Positions 51,978 through 64,000 of a stretch of DNA of 64,000 bases are shown here, in pieces. The stretch spans positions 150,226,001-150,290,000 of the forward strand of contig OX597814.1 in NCBI GenBank assembly GCA_951406725.2, given 5' to 3'. Source of the DNA: Octopus vulgaris. Taxonomy: Eukaryota. Position 1 is the stretch's first letter. Each line of letters begins with the position of its first letter. The notes beneath the pieces were generated by a model. It searched no databases, was not told where the DNA came from, and saw nothing but the letters and a program-made list of their open reading frames with translations. The position numbers and the translations under genes are program-made.

Positions 51978-52853
51978 GATGTATGTATGTATGTATGTAT
52001 GTATGTATGTATGTATGTATGTATGTATGTATGTATGTATGCATGTTTTGTTTTATGTATGTCTTCTAATGCATATATTTACATATACATGCTCCTATAT
52101 ACTTAAATGATAAACTGGAAAGTTTTACAGATTTTACACTACCAGCGATGACTTGGATCTATAGTCTTCGAATTAGCTTTCTCCTTTCTGGTTTTGAGAA
52201 GCCTAATTCCTCAAGATTGCTATTCAAGCAGTGTGTTACACACCTCAGTGTCCTCATAATTACAGGTATAAACCTGAACTTGTAATCTGGATTGAGTCAC
52301 TGCAGATTTCTCAATAGTTCAGCGAAAGTTTTCTCTTTTCCACTGATCTTATATTCACAATATCTTAACATATGTATGTATGAATGTATGTATGTATGTA
52401 TGAATGTATGTAAATATGTATGTATGTATGAATGTACGTATGTAGGTACGCACACACGTAGTACATACGTACACACACACGTAGTAGTACGTTTGTACGT
52501 AAGTACCCATGTACGTATGATTGTATGTAGGTACATATGTACGTATGTATGTATATATGTATGAATTCATGCATATGTATATGTATGTGTAACTAAGTGC
52601 TTGAAAAATGTGTGAATATGGGTGTATGTGATAGTAATGATGCAGAGACAAAACACACTCATACATGTGTTTATAAGTTTGTGCATATATACATATCTGC
52701 GTGTTTATATACATGTGTAAAGAGGTAGTGGCATGTGAGTGTAAAAGTGCGAATGAAACTGAACATCTGTTTTAGATATAATAGACAGTACGCGCAAGTT
52801 TGAATAGGTGTTTGCTACTGTCTGTCTGTCTGTCTGTTTGTCTCTCTCTCTCT

Positions 52854-52907
<54 letters not shown>

Positions 52908-53089
52908 GTATGTGTTTGTGTGCGCGTGAGACAGAGAGAGAGAGAGTGTGTGTGTGTGTGGTGTATGTATACATTAGTGCGTAAACAAACAGACATTATC
53001 CATTATCCTATGTATTTTTCTTTACATTACACGCACATACACACATGTATATATATGTGTGTGTGAGTGCATATACATATGTATATATG

Positions 53090-53120
<31 letters not shown>

Positions 53121-53235
53121 GCATATACACTTGTACATATGTATATACATATATATATATATATGCATGTATTTAACTTTATAAATATATATATATATAA
53201 TTTACATGCACACACACATATATCCATATATATAT

Positions 53236-53306
<71 letters not shown>

Positions 53307-53700
53307 AGGGGGGGGGGGTGTTTCGACGCAGGAAAAATTTGTTGTTGAAAATGCACCTAAGTTTGGAAAACTTGTAATTGTTTAAAATGCATTTATTTAC
53401 ATATATACCAAACTAGTTTCAACAATACATTTTGTTTATCAATAGTAAAAGTATAAAATTATGAACTAGAAAAACATATTTAAAAGTTTCAATGAGTGAC
53501 ATATTTAAATGTTCATAACTGACAAATTCAGAATTATGAATTAGGAGGACAGGTGCAGGAATTTCAATATTGATAAGTTTAAATGTTCATAGCAGTCAAT
53601 AATATTAAAACTGTGCATTAATTTAATTTGAATGTACAAAGCTCATTAATGTTAGTAGTGATCGACAAGAAATGAATATCATCAAAGTTTCAGTCATACT
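53307..53700 (-). mobile_element. PLE-type terminus abutting (TA)n, with U3-A8 HHR-like motif
   Basis: Minus strand 53406-53447: tacta-ttgataa-acaa-aatgta-ttgt(t)-gaaa-ctag-tt-tggta. Confidence 0.55.
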
Positions 53701-54189
53701 GAGTTAAGAGGGAAAAAACAAGGGAGAAATGAAGATAGCTAAAGAAGGGAATTTGGTTTACAGTTTCTCTGATCCACTTTCCGTGGGCGCTTTCGCTTGG
53801 AGCGGTATGTTTTGGAATCAGGTGTATTTATATTTTTTCCGGGAACGAATCTGATTTTTGATTCATTAAAGTACTGGTGACATCTAGTTTTTCCGGCGGT
53901 CAAGTTTGTCGTTCTGCCTGGTTAGCTTCCTTGTGGAAAACGGTCATCAGTCGTTCCGGTTGGTTGATTCTCTTAAAGGGTCATTTCGTTGTATTTACTG
54001 AAGTTCGGTTTTGATTTGGTTTAGAGTTAGGTAACATCGGCCACTGGTGTTTATAAAATTTCATTGGTCTAGAGAAAGATGACGTCGGCAACTGGTGTTT
54101 GTATGGTGATTTGGAGTTGCGGTTTATTTTTATTTTTGTTTTTTGATTTATTATTAGTATTGCTTAATATGTTTTCCTAAAACTGCTGT

Positions 54190-55175
54190 TTCTTTTCAGA
54201 TATAATCAGAAAAAGGTAATAAAAATTCATTAAAATGACAGAACTATCGAACTTTCAAAGGGGCCAAATTGTTGGTGTTCGTATGGCAGGCGCTAGCGTA
54301 ACGAAAACAGCCGAAATGTTCGGTGTATCATGAAGTACTGTCACAAAAGTAATGACAGACTTTGAGAAAGAGGGAAAACCCTCCTCATCGAAACCAAAAC
54401 TTTCAGATAGGGACTGTCAGATTCTTATGCGAATTGTTAGAAAGGATCACAAAAGTACAGCTCCCAAAATTACTGCAGGACTTAATGGCCACCTCGAGAA
54501 TCCAGTTTCCCTAAAACCTGTTCAACAGGAGCTGCACGACGTTGGATTTCACGAGAGGGCTGCAATCAGAAAACCACTACTTTCCGACCACCGGCCGAGT
54601 ATACGTGTGGAGACAGCCAAAAGAAGCATCTGACCCAGACTGTTAAACATGGAGGAGGATCTGTGATGATCCGGTGGGGGCTATATCTTGGAAATCCTAT
54701 GGCCCAATGGTTTCTCCTCATGGCAGAATTAATAGTCAAGACTATTTAAGCATTTTATCTGATCAAATTCATCCTGTGGTTGCTGAACTGTTTCCAGAGG
54801 GAAATGTAATCTTTCATGATGTTAATGCACTAATTCACACAGCTAAAGTTGTTATTGAATGGCACGAGGATCATTCTAGTGAAGTTGAACATCTTATCTG
54901 GCCACCGCAGTCCCCAGATCCCAATATTATTGAACATTTAAGGTACATTTTAGAAAAACAAATAAGGAGTCGATATCCTCCACTATCATCACTACAAGAA
55001 CTGGAGACTGCTTTAGTTGAAGAATGGACAAAAGTTCCTTTGGAAATAATTCAAACTTTGTACGAGTCCATAACTTGTCGAATTCAAGCTGTAATTACTG
55101 CCAAAGGCAGTCCTACCCCATGTTAACATAAATTTGTCTGAAATTTTAAGGCGTTTCAATTATTTTGTCCATACC

Positions 55176-55178
<3 letters not shown>
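54190..55178 (+). mobile_element. Decayed Tc1 (DD34E) transposon
   Basis: From ATG 54235: MTELSNFQRGQIVG..AGASVTKTAEMFGVS*; TVKHGGGSVM; WPPQSPDPNIIEHL. 3' terminus ...gtccataccctg|TA. Has a stop, a deletion and frameshifts. Confidence 0.92.
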
Positions 55179-55225
<47 letters not shown>

Positions 55226-55856
55226 ACATACCTGTATACATATATATATATATATATGTATATATATGTATGTATTTATATATATATATATATGCATGTA
55301 TGTATGCATGTATGAATGTACGTATGTAGTATATGTATGTATGTAAGTATGTATGTATGTATGTATGTATGTATGTATGTATGTATCTGTGAATGATAGC
55401 GGGCTTGGTAAATGGAAGACTTCTACATGGTAAAAAGGATGTAAGAATGTTTTTTCTAGATTTTCTGCCTAGTCTTATCACAGGTTACGACGGCAGGAAC
55501 ATGTTGAAAGCCAAAAGTCATATTGTTTAGAACAATTCCACTCTGAATTCGATATTTATACGTTACTGCAGCTTGTTTCAATCATTCATCGTTTACCACG
55601 TGTTTCACTCAACACACACACACACACACACACTTAGACAAACACAAACACACGCACATACACTCACACAAGCACATACATACACACATACATACACTCA
55701 CACTTGATGCAGTATATGCGCTCACAAATCGCTTTCCAGCTGTTTTATATATGTGTGAGTATTTGTGTATTTGTGTGAGTGTGTGTGAGTGAGTGTTAGT
55801 GAGTGAGTATGTGTGTGTGCGTGTGTGTGTGCATCCCTCTCTCTCTCTCTCCCCCC

Positions 55857-55895
<39 letters not shown>

Positions 55896-56246
55896 CTTCG
55901 ATATCTTTGGAGTCTAAGTCTGAATCTTTTGAGCACTACTAAGTGTCTTCTATATTAAGAATCTCTGAATCTCATCAATCGGCTATATATATATATATAT
56001 ATATATAATATATGTATATATACATGTATATATAATATATGCATATATATATACATTATATATATGTATATATATATACATGTATATATTTGTATATATA
56101 TATATATGAATATATATAATATATGTATATATATATATGCATTTATATATATATATATACATGTATATATATATATGTATTTATATATATACATGTCTAC
56201 GTATAATATATTTATGTCTATATATATATGTATATATATGCATATA

Positions 56247-56333
<87 letters not shown>

Positions 56334-56361
56334 CGTGTGTTCGTGTGTGTATGTATAACTA

Positions 56362-56780
56362 TATATTGACAAATTACAAATATACAAAAGACGAAGACGG
56401 GTTTCTAAACAACAAACAGATGTATTAGTTTAACGCTCGGGAAGCGAGAAAATCATTTACGTTTCGAGCCTACGCTCTTCAACAGAAAGGAACACAGAAA
56501 TAGAGAAAGTTAACAAAACTGGATTTAGCGGTGAGCGATCTATCATAGCGAATGCCGGAGAGAGGTGTGAGGCAGGAGAGCAAGGAAGAAGGGGAGATAA
56601 TAAAGTAGTGGTGATCCGAAAATGAAGGTGCGTGTGCGTGTGTATGTGAGAGCGTGTATGTGGTGTAAACGGGGGATGGTGACCTTGACATGTGCGTGTG
56701 TGCATGTGTAGGTGTGTGGATGATGGTGTGGGAACTAGGAAGTGGTCACTGTTAGTGTGTGAAGTGTGGTGTGGTGTATA
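56362..56780 (-). mobile_element. 3' fragment of the 43.5-47.2 kb PLE family
   Basis: Minus strand ccttt-ctgttga-a-gagcgtaggctc-gaaa-cg-ta-aatga at 56453-56490, with downstream homology to 47137-47234. Confidence 0.8.
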
Positions 56781-56853
56781 TAAATATATACATGAATATA
56801 TAATATATGTAGATATATATATATATATATATATACATATATATAAATCTATG

Positions 56854-56885
<32 letters not shown>

Positions 56886-57983
56886 CGTATACATATCTAT
56901 ATATATATGTATATATATAAGCTTGTATATATATAAGATATGTATTTATATATCTTATATTTTTTTAAATGTTATGTCTCATGTATCTTATTTATGTATG
57001 CTAAACACTGGTAATTTACTATTTATTAAATTTATTTCTATATAAAAGAACCTGAAAAAGTCACTGACCCCCAAAACAACACTGAAAATGAATCGGCGAA
57101 TACCACTGGCCCCGAAAACAATATTGACAGCAGCAACTGCTGCAATAAGAATAGTCAAAGCTGGACTAGGGTGATATATAGCAGAAAAGAAAAAACTGAC
57201 ACAGCCAGAGAAACTGATGCCCTGATGTCCGAAGGTAAAAGAAGGACAAGAAAAAAGACAAAACCCCAAAACGCCAGAAGGAAAAACTAAGACGCATAAG
57301 GATAGTAGCTGACAGATCATAGGCTGTATGTAAATTTTATTTAAATGACACATGCTGGCATGTAGAAATAGAAGAGGGCTGCAGCTTTACCCATCCCAAA
57401 ACTTATCGGAACAACAAGCAGGGAAACCTGAAACAAAACTAGCAAAAACAGAGGGAAATCCCCAAGAATGGATCTGCAGGCTAATAGTGAACCAATTGAA
57501 AGAAACACGTCTCAAAGGAGCAGAAAAAGAGATCAACTCATGCATTCTGCACCCCTCAAAAGGCAATATGCAGAGGCTGTACACTCTGCAGCTATCGAAC
57601 AATACTTCAGTTCTTGAATTTAGACCATCTGTGCAACATCTATATTCCTTCCCATGCCTGTCATCACTTATGTCCCTGCCGTAAGACTTCACTTCCACAC
57701 ACGCCAGCTCAATTTAATCCGTCTTTAGTCAAAACACACCTGTTGTTAATGTCCTGTTGTTTGTATTTGTGTACCAATTCTCCGTTTCTTTTTCAGTCCT
57801 TGTTTTCGTAGACTTTCCTTGGGGCTGGCCAGATTGGAGCAGTCTTGAGTATAACCAGACGAAACTGCAAAGATGATCTGGAACTCGACTGAGGAAAGAA
57901 AACTCCGAATGACCCGTGCTTATTTTTCTTGTCCCTTTTTGTATCATCTGTCTGGATGTATTGTCACCTGTTGCGTCCTTGTT

Positions 57984-58026
<43 letters not shown>

Positions 58027-58034
58027 TATATACG

Positions 58035-58330
58035 GTTTAAGTAATTGAGATTCAAGTGAGTTCTAATGAATTCACATGAATATGGTCCTTAACTAGGATG
58101 CACCAGAAATCTATATGGTGTTAACCATACGACAAAGTGGGGTGATTACAAATAGGAAAAAAGCAACAAGAATGGATCAATATATCGGTACAATTGTTTC
58201 GTACGAGGACATCTTTAATAAAGCTACAAACATTGCAGTAAATATAGGTGGCTCGTACTCATCAGCCGAAAAAACATCAGAGATTCCCAAACATCAAAGG
58301 GGGTAATGTTACACTTATAAAACATCATGG
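58035..58330 (-). mobile_element. PLE pLTR fragment abutting (TA)n
   Basis: Contains a canonical HHR. Terminus is related to 41770-41870. Confidence 0.75.
58185..58269 (-). ncRNA. Canonical type I hammerhead ribozyme motif
   Basis: tcgg-ctgatga-gtacgag-(long loop)-ctcgtac-gaaa-caattg-ta-ccga. All stems pair, stem III is palindromic and the triplet is GUA. Confidence 0.85.
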
Positions 58331-59153
58331 AAAATTCTATAAAAATGAGAATTTAGATAACATATTGGTTTCTAAGAGTTCAATTAGTATTACACAGTCA
58401 TATATCAGGTTATTAAAAAAAATTTTTTTAAAACATCCTAGTTTTCCACAGAGTGAAGATAAAAATGAGGGTATATACACCCGTGTGACTCTCTCTCACT
58501 TGCTTTCATTCCTTCCCCTTTTATTTCTGTCACCCTGTCTCTCCCTCTTGTATTCCTAGCCTTTCTCCTTCCTCTTCATCCACTTCCCCCTCCTTTTCTC
58601 TGTCGCTCCTTCTCCCTAGTGTCTTTCTCTTCTGCTTGCTGCTATCACATGACCAGTGGTCAGTTCCAATTTTCTTCCTTTCTTAGACTAGTCCCTTATC
58701 TGACTAGTCGCAAATTCTGTCTCTCCATCCTTCAAAACATTTTCGAAGTGTTACCCACTATTCTCGTCTCCTTGACCCCCAAGGCCGTATTTTGTTCGAC
58801 CTTGTGTCGTTTTACTTGTTTTATTTCGTTTTGTTTGCTTTCGTCCCTAATTCCCCGCAAGAAAACTTATTTTGCGGGCACCGCTAATTGGGAAGCACTC
58901 AGTTTTATCGTTAAAGGTGCAAAACTGAACAGTACCATTGGTCGATAACTGATGAAAAATTATGGACTTTCTGTTTGTCTCCCGTTCGTTTTTACATTCA
59001 GTATATGTTACGTCGTTTGTTTATTCATTTTTTCATTTATCAGGTAATGGAACGCAACACACACCGCATTTGTATTAACAAGTAAGTTATATATATATAT
59101 ATAAACTTTTAAAAAAAGTTTTCTTTTAATTTTTCTAAATTTAATTATTTAAT

Positions 59154-59200
59154 CATTACAGTTGAAAAGGTCTCAAATGACCGAAACCGGTACTGAAATG
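59154..59200 (+). ncRNA. Minimal hammerhead ribozyme motif with U3-A8 core (UUGAAAA)
   Basis: cattacag-ttgaaaa-ggtc-tcaaat-gacc-gaaa-ccgg-ta-ctgaaatg. Stem I pairs at 7 of 8 positions. Lies about 50 bp upstream of a (TA)n junction. Confidence 0.75.
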
Positions 59201-59246
59201 TCTTAATAAAATTATTTTAGCATTTTCTATCTTGACTTGTTTTTTC

Positions 59247-59325
<79 letters not shown>

Positions 59326-60000
59326 CTCGTGTGTGTGTATGTGTGCACGCACGTGCGCGAAAAGAAGCTGTCTTTTACCAAATACGTCTGAAGAGTTGAA
59401 TAATGTAGATGTCCGCGAGGATACGCATAGGTGACTATTCAATGTTTTCTTTATGTTATTGTAGACGAAGTTCAATTTTTTTTTCCTTGTTTATTTCACA
59501 TTAGCAATTGTCATAGCATTGATTAACTCTGTCACCATTGCGTACTTTAGTGCATAAATATTTCATCCGGTTTAAGTAAAATATACTGGCTACTGTTCAC
59601 TTTTGTCTCAATTAATCATGTACGCACACGCTGGCGACTTTTGTTTTCACAAATACTTTTATTAAATCACTCTTTCGTGATATGTCAACGTGAGATTTGA
59701 AAAATTTGAATCGTACGAGATGTAGCAGTTTCAAACTTTGTGACTAACATTCAAGAATCTGTATGTATGCTCTATACACACGAGCGCACGCGCAAACGTG
59801 TATTACAAATGTATGCATGTATATTGATATGCGTATGTACACATACACGCACACACACAAGCATACATGTATTACAAATGTATATATATTTATATACGTA
59901 TGTGCACACACACAGATGTATGTATGCATATATATATATATAAAAGGAACAATGACAGACCACATATATATATATTTTTATATAATATTAGAGAAGAGTA

Positions 60001-60161
60001 TTTCGTCTGTCTTTCCGCTCTGAGTTCGAATTCCGCCGAGGTCGACTTTGCCTTTCATCCTTTCGGGGTCGATAAATTAATTACCAGTTGCGTACTGAGG
60101 TCGATCTAATCGACTGGCCCCCTCCTCCAAAATTTCGGGCTTTGTTCCTAGAGCAGCAAAG
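60001..60161 (+). mobile_element. 5'-truncated SINE B with 17-bp TSD
   Basis: aatattagagaagagta at 59984-60000 and 60162-60178. Confidence 0.9.
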
Positions 60162-62153
60162 AATATTAGAGAAGAGTAACAGAGTTGACAAATTTAATTA
60201 GAGTATTTATACAAGGTACAGAGTTTTCTTGTGAATTCCATAATAGACAATTTATCCAGTCAAGTTTATAATTAGTTGAACTATGGATTCTCTAACTCAT
60301 TCCAGTTCTTGCTTTTCATTCTAACATTTTTTCTGTCACTTTTTCCTCTTATATAATTCCTCTCTCCTTCATTTCTGTTTTCCCGTGTATTTAATCATTT
60401 CTTTATTTCTTTTTCTTATCTTTTTCTTTCCTTCTTTCCTTCTTTCTATTACGGTTCCTTTCTTTATATTTCATTTCCCGCCATACTGTTTCTTTTTTTC
60501 GTTTGGCATTCTCTTGTTCTCTTTTTTTTATTTATTTATTTGTCTTTCCCCTACCTTCTTACGCGTTTTTATACAGTTCTACTTGCTTTTTTTTTCACAC
60601 TTGGTCTTATATTTCAGCTTCTTCTCTTTCCCCTTGTTCCCATCTTTCGTTAAACCGTTCCCCCTCTTTATTATCCCTTCTTTTTTTTTCCACTTTATTT
60701 CATCTCAATTCATTTCAATTTATATCATGCAATCCTAGCCATTCTCAACGTGCAGTATTCAGACCACTCAACTCCATTAACTTCATTTTGGGTATTTGGA
60801 AATAATGGCTTTTATGCATATTTCATGAAGGGTATCGAAATCCTAATCTCATGTTTGCAATAAACCGAACATTATTTTTTTTCATTGCGTTAAACATTGG
60901 CTTCAAAATTTCTTGAGATTTGCATTGGCATGAGTCCATTCAGAAAATAGATAAGTGTGCCGCTATGATGGCGTGCTGAAAGATGAAAAACTAGTTTCGT
61001 TCTTTTACCCTTCAAAGCACACTAATATATTCAATATTGTGTGTATATATTCGGTATTTTATTATTACATTGATTTGCTAATTGAACCTCCTTAGCAGAA
61101 AAGCTTTGTTAACCGTTCTAAGTAGTTTCCCAATTGCCAATACACGTGTATACATTAATGTCTTACTTCCCATCACAGCAGTTCAGTATGTGTTCTTATT
61201 TTTTAATTACGAAATAGGTCAATTCTATTGGCTGTAGGCAAATATCACGTGATATTAATGATAACAGCTTTAAACGATTTGTTAAGAAAATCTCTATCAA
61301 CTGATTTTGTTTAATCTTGCAGAAAGTTTACGTTGCTGAGCTGATAAAAGTATTTAAACGCAAGTAAAACCATTGAGACGGCTGCGCCAAAGAAAAAGTA
61401 CGTCTGATTTATATCGTTGTTGTTTAGCCCCAGGTCAGCTATCATCAAGCAGTTTAATGTATTTAAAACTACAACATGCAGTAAATCTTGCAGTTTTTTA
61501 GACGCTCGTTGCATGAAGTAAAATATGAACTCCATCAAGGAGTAACTAAGCAGTTACTCACATTGTTAGAACTATCGAAAACTAACTGTAGACTCTAAAA
61601 AAAAATGACTGAACGAATTGGATACAATATATATATATAAAATTAGGATCTTTTGTTTCTAACATAGGTACAAGGCCAGAAATTTTGAGGGAGGGGACAA
61701 GCGGTGAATACGACGATTAGTGTTTCATTGATCTCGGCAGGAATTGAAGTCAGAAAGTGAAGAAACGGAAATTATTAACAACAGCAACAGCAACAACAAA
61801 ACCAGCAAGAACAACATATAGTCCAGGTCTTCCGTGTTTCTTTCAAATCATTTGGAGTTGAATCATTGGGGTAACCATGATTTTCTGATGATCTGATGAA
61901 CTAGCTTTCTTTATTTGCATTGATTTGTAAATATATGATCGCATTCTATAATACTGAGCATGTAAGCATATTTCCTTCCACACTGAAATTAATACAACAT
62001 AAAGTAGATTGCAGAACAGCTACAATCCTAAGGTTATCACGTGGTTATATAAGTATATATTCACCTTTCTTGCCTCCTATATATGGTTCATAGATTCCTC
62101 TTGAAATAATTTCATCGATCGGATTCGGATCTTGTGGACTTTAGCTGCATGTA

Positions 62154-62228
<75 letters not shown>

Positions 62229-62320
62229 TAATCCAAACAAGAAAACACAGAAAAAAACACAGCAACACGAGGACGTGGAACAATTAAAGTATTATTTGAC
62301 GCTCAGGGAAGAAGATGCAT

Positions 62321-62369
<49 letters not shown>

Positions 62370-64000
62370 GATCAATAAATGGTGGGGTTGTGTTGACCGC
62401 ACGTGGAGAAATGATAAGTAAGGAAAAATTTTTTTAAAAATGCAGAATGCTCAAATGAAAGAAAATTTTAATAAAATGAGAAATTGATAAAATATATAAA
62501 TATATATTTATTCAACCGGTTTTCGTCATTGTACGACTTGTCAAGAATATTTATGTTTTAAAAAGTTTTTTTTTAAATTAGAAAGGGGAAAAAAAGAAAA
62601 TTGCATTGTTTTTTGTAAAAGAATAATGATAAAAATGTACAAAAATTAAAAATAAGTTCTCCGATACATTGTGAGTTCGTTGTGTATCTTGAGTTTTATG
62701 GTTGTTTACGAAAAAATTACCTTGAGGTGTTAAGATCCAAAGGGATTAAGAGCATGTGTTGTGTTGTTAAATTCAGCATGTTTGCAGGACAGGAAGTAGT
62801 AGTAATTGTGGTCCTGGTTCTTCAGTTCCTGTGTTGTGAGTAAGGGGAGACAACTCTTTTGAGTTCTTCAATAAAACCCAAATTATAAAATTATCATTTT
62901 AGCTTCATTTGCGTTATCTTTTTTATATAATTGCTTGTTAACTTAACTTTCAGATTTTAACACTTTATTTATATTATTTTCTAATTATATAAATCTGCAT
63001 AGACAATTGCATTTCAAATTGTCATATCATTTATAATAAAAATGATAGTAATAACAACAATAGTAAAAATGATACTTAAAGAATATAAGTTTTAGCTTGA
63101 AGTGATGAATGCATGGTATCTTTAAATATTTGTGTTAGTCCATCCATGAAGAGTGAGGTAGAGAAAGGAAGTTTGATCAACGAGGAGTTTGCATATTAAG
63201 TTGTGTTTGGAATTTTTCAATAAAGAGATTCTCCTTGTTAATTCTCTCCTGTGTGGTGATCCCGTCTTTACATTGGTAGAAGGGGAATATATAGAATTTG
63301 GGGTTTAAGTCTTTAGCACATGAGTCTAAGTGGTCACTCAGTGGAATTTGTCGGTATTCCGGGAGATTTATTTGTTCTTTATGCACCGTTACTCGTTTAC
63401 GTAACGGGAGACTCGTTTGTCCAACATAATTATGTTGGCAACCAGCGCATGTGAGAACGTAGATAAGGTTCTCGGAGGAACAGGAGAAGTTAGTCTTGAT
63501 TTTAAACTTCGTACCTTGTTTGAAGGTAAATTCAGAGCCTTCAAGTAGAAAGGGGCAGGTACCACAGTTTGAGCGTGCACATTTTTTTACTGTTGGGGGT
63601 GGATGTGGTGTGTGAAGTTTGGCAGGCATTTGTCAAGAGTTTTTTTAAAGATTTGTGTTGCCTTTTGCATTTGAGGATTTTGTGTGTATTTATAATGTTT
63701 TTCATTTTTGGGTCTGTTGACAGTAAACTGAGGTTTTGTATGATTGTGGTGTATGCTTCGATATTTTTGGGGTTGTGGGTGGAAATGTATGGAAGTATTT
63801 TGAGGTTGTGTGTGGTGTTAGGTTGGGTGGTTTTCAGTGTAGTGTTGTCTAGTTCTTTGGCGCGTTTTATTCCATACTCTATAAGGGTGGAGGGATATTG
63901 ACGTTGTAATAGTGTTTTTTTGAGGTCTTGAAGGCGTATTTCTCGTGTTTTTGGATCCGAGACAATGGTGCATACCCTTTTAGCTAAATTGAAAGGGATA
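62370..64000 (-). mobile_element. Penelope-like element (Neptune-like), running off the window edge
   Basis: Minus strand: IPFNLAKRVCTIVSD...LLQRQYP (RT thumb), then after a frameshift CARSNCGTCP..FSCSSENLIYVLTCAGCQHNYVGQT..LRKRVTVH (GIY-YIG; stop at 63177). The 3' UTR/pLTR ends at (TA)n. Confidence 0.92.
62509..62549 (-). ncRNA. Minimal hammerhead-like motif with U3-A8 core (UUGACAA)
   Basis: tattc-ttgacaa-gtcgt-aca-atgac-gaaa(a)-ccgg-tt-gaata. One extra A in the GAAA segment. Confidence 0.6.

Noticed and set aside
60385-60805. Phe-rich ORFs resembling membrane proteins
   Set aside because: Polypyrimidine low-complexity tract.

Overview
AT-rich, microsatellite-dense eukaryotic DNA. The repeat families suggest an octopus or other coleoid cephalopod, but that is inferred from repeat content only. 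I recognise no host gene, and nearly all track ORFs are microsatellite or SINE artefacts. The window is a nest of transposable elements: a near-intact Penelope-like element (PLE; RT plus GIY-YIG, about 43.5-47.2 kb), a second PLE cut by the right edge, a decayed third PLE endonuclease, many short PLE terminal-repeat (pLTR) insertions often with inverted 5' copies, R4/Dong-like, Tx1/L1-like and RTE LINE relics, several Tc1/mariner relics, a Helitron and three tRNA-derived SINE families. The main signal is at the RNA level: more than a dozen minimal hammerhead ribozyme (HHR) motifs in PLE termini. Their cores are canonical C3-G8, compensated U3-A8, compensated G3-C8, and family-fixed CUGUUGA and CCGACGA variants. 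A second signal is a shared 3' tail linking a Tx1-like LINE, ORF1-only 'half' elements and a SINE subtype that repeatedly inserts into its own head. All folds and coordinates were read by eye and need computational and experimental confirmation.
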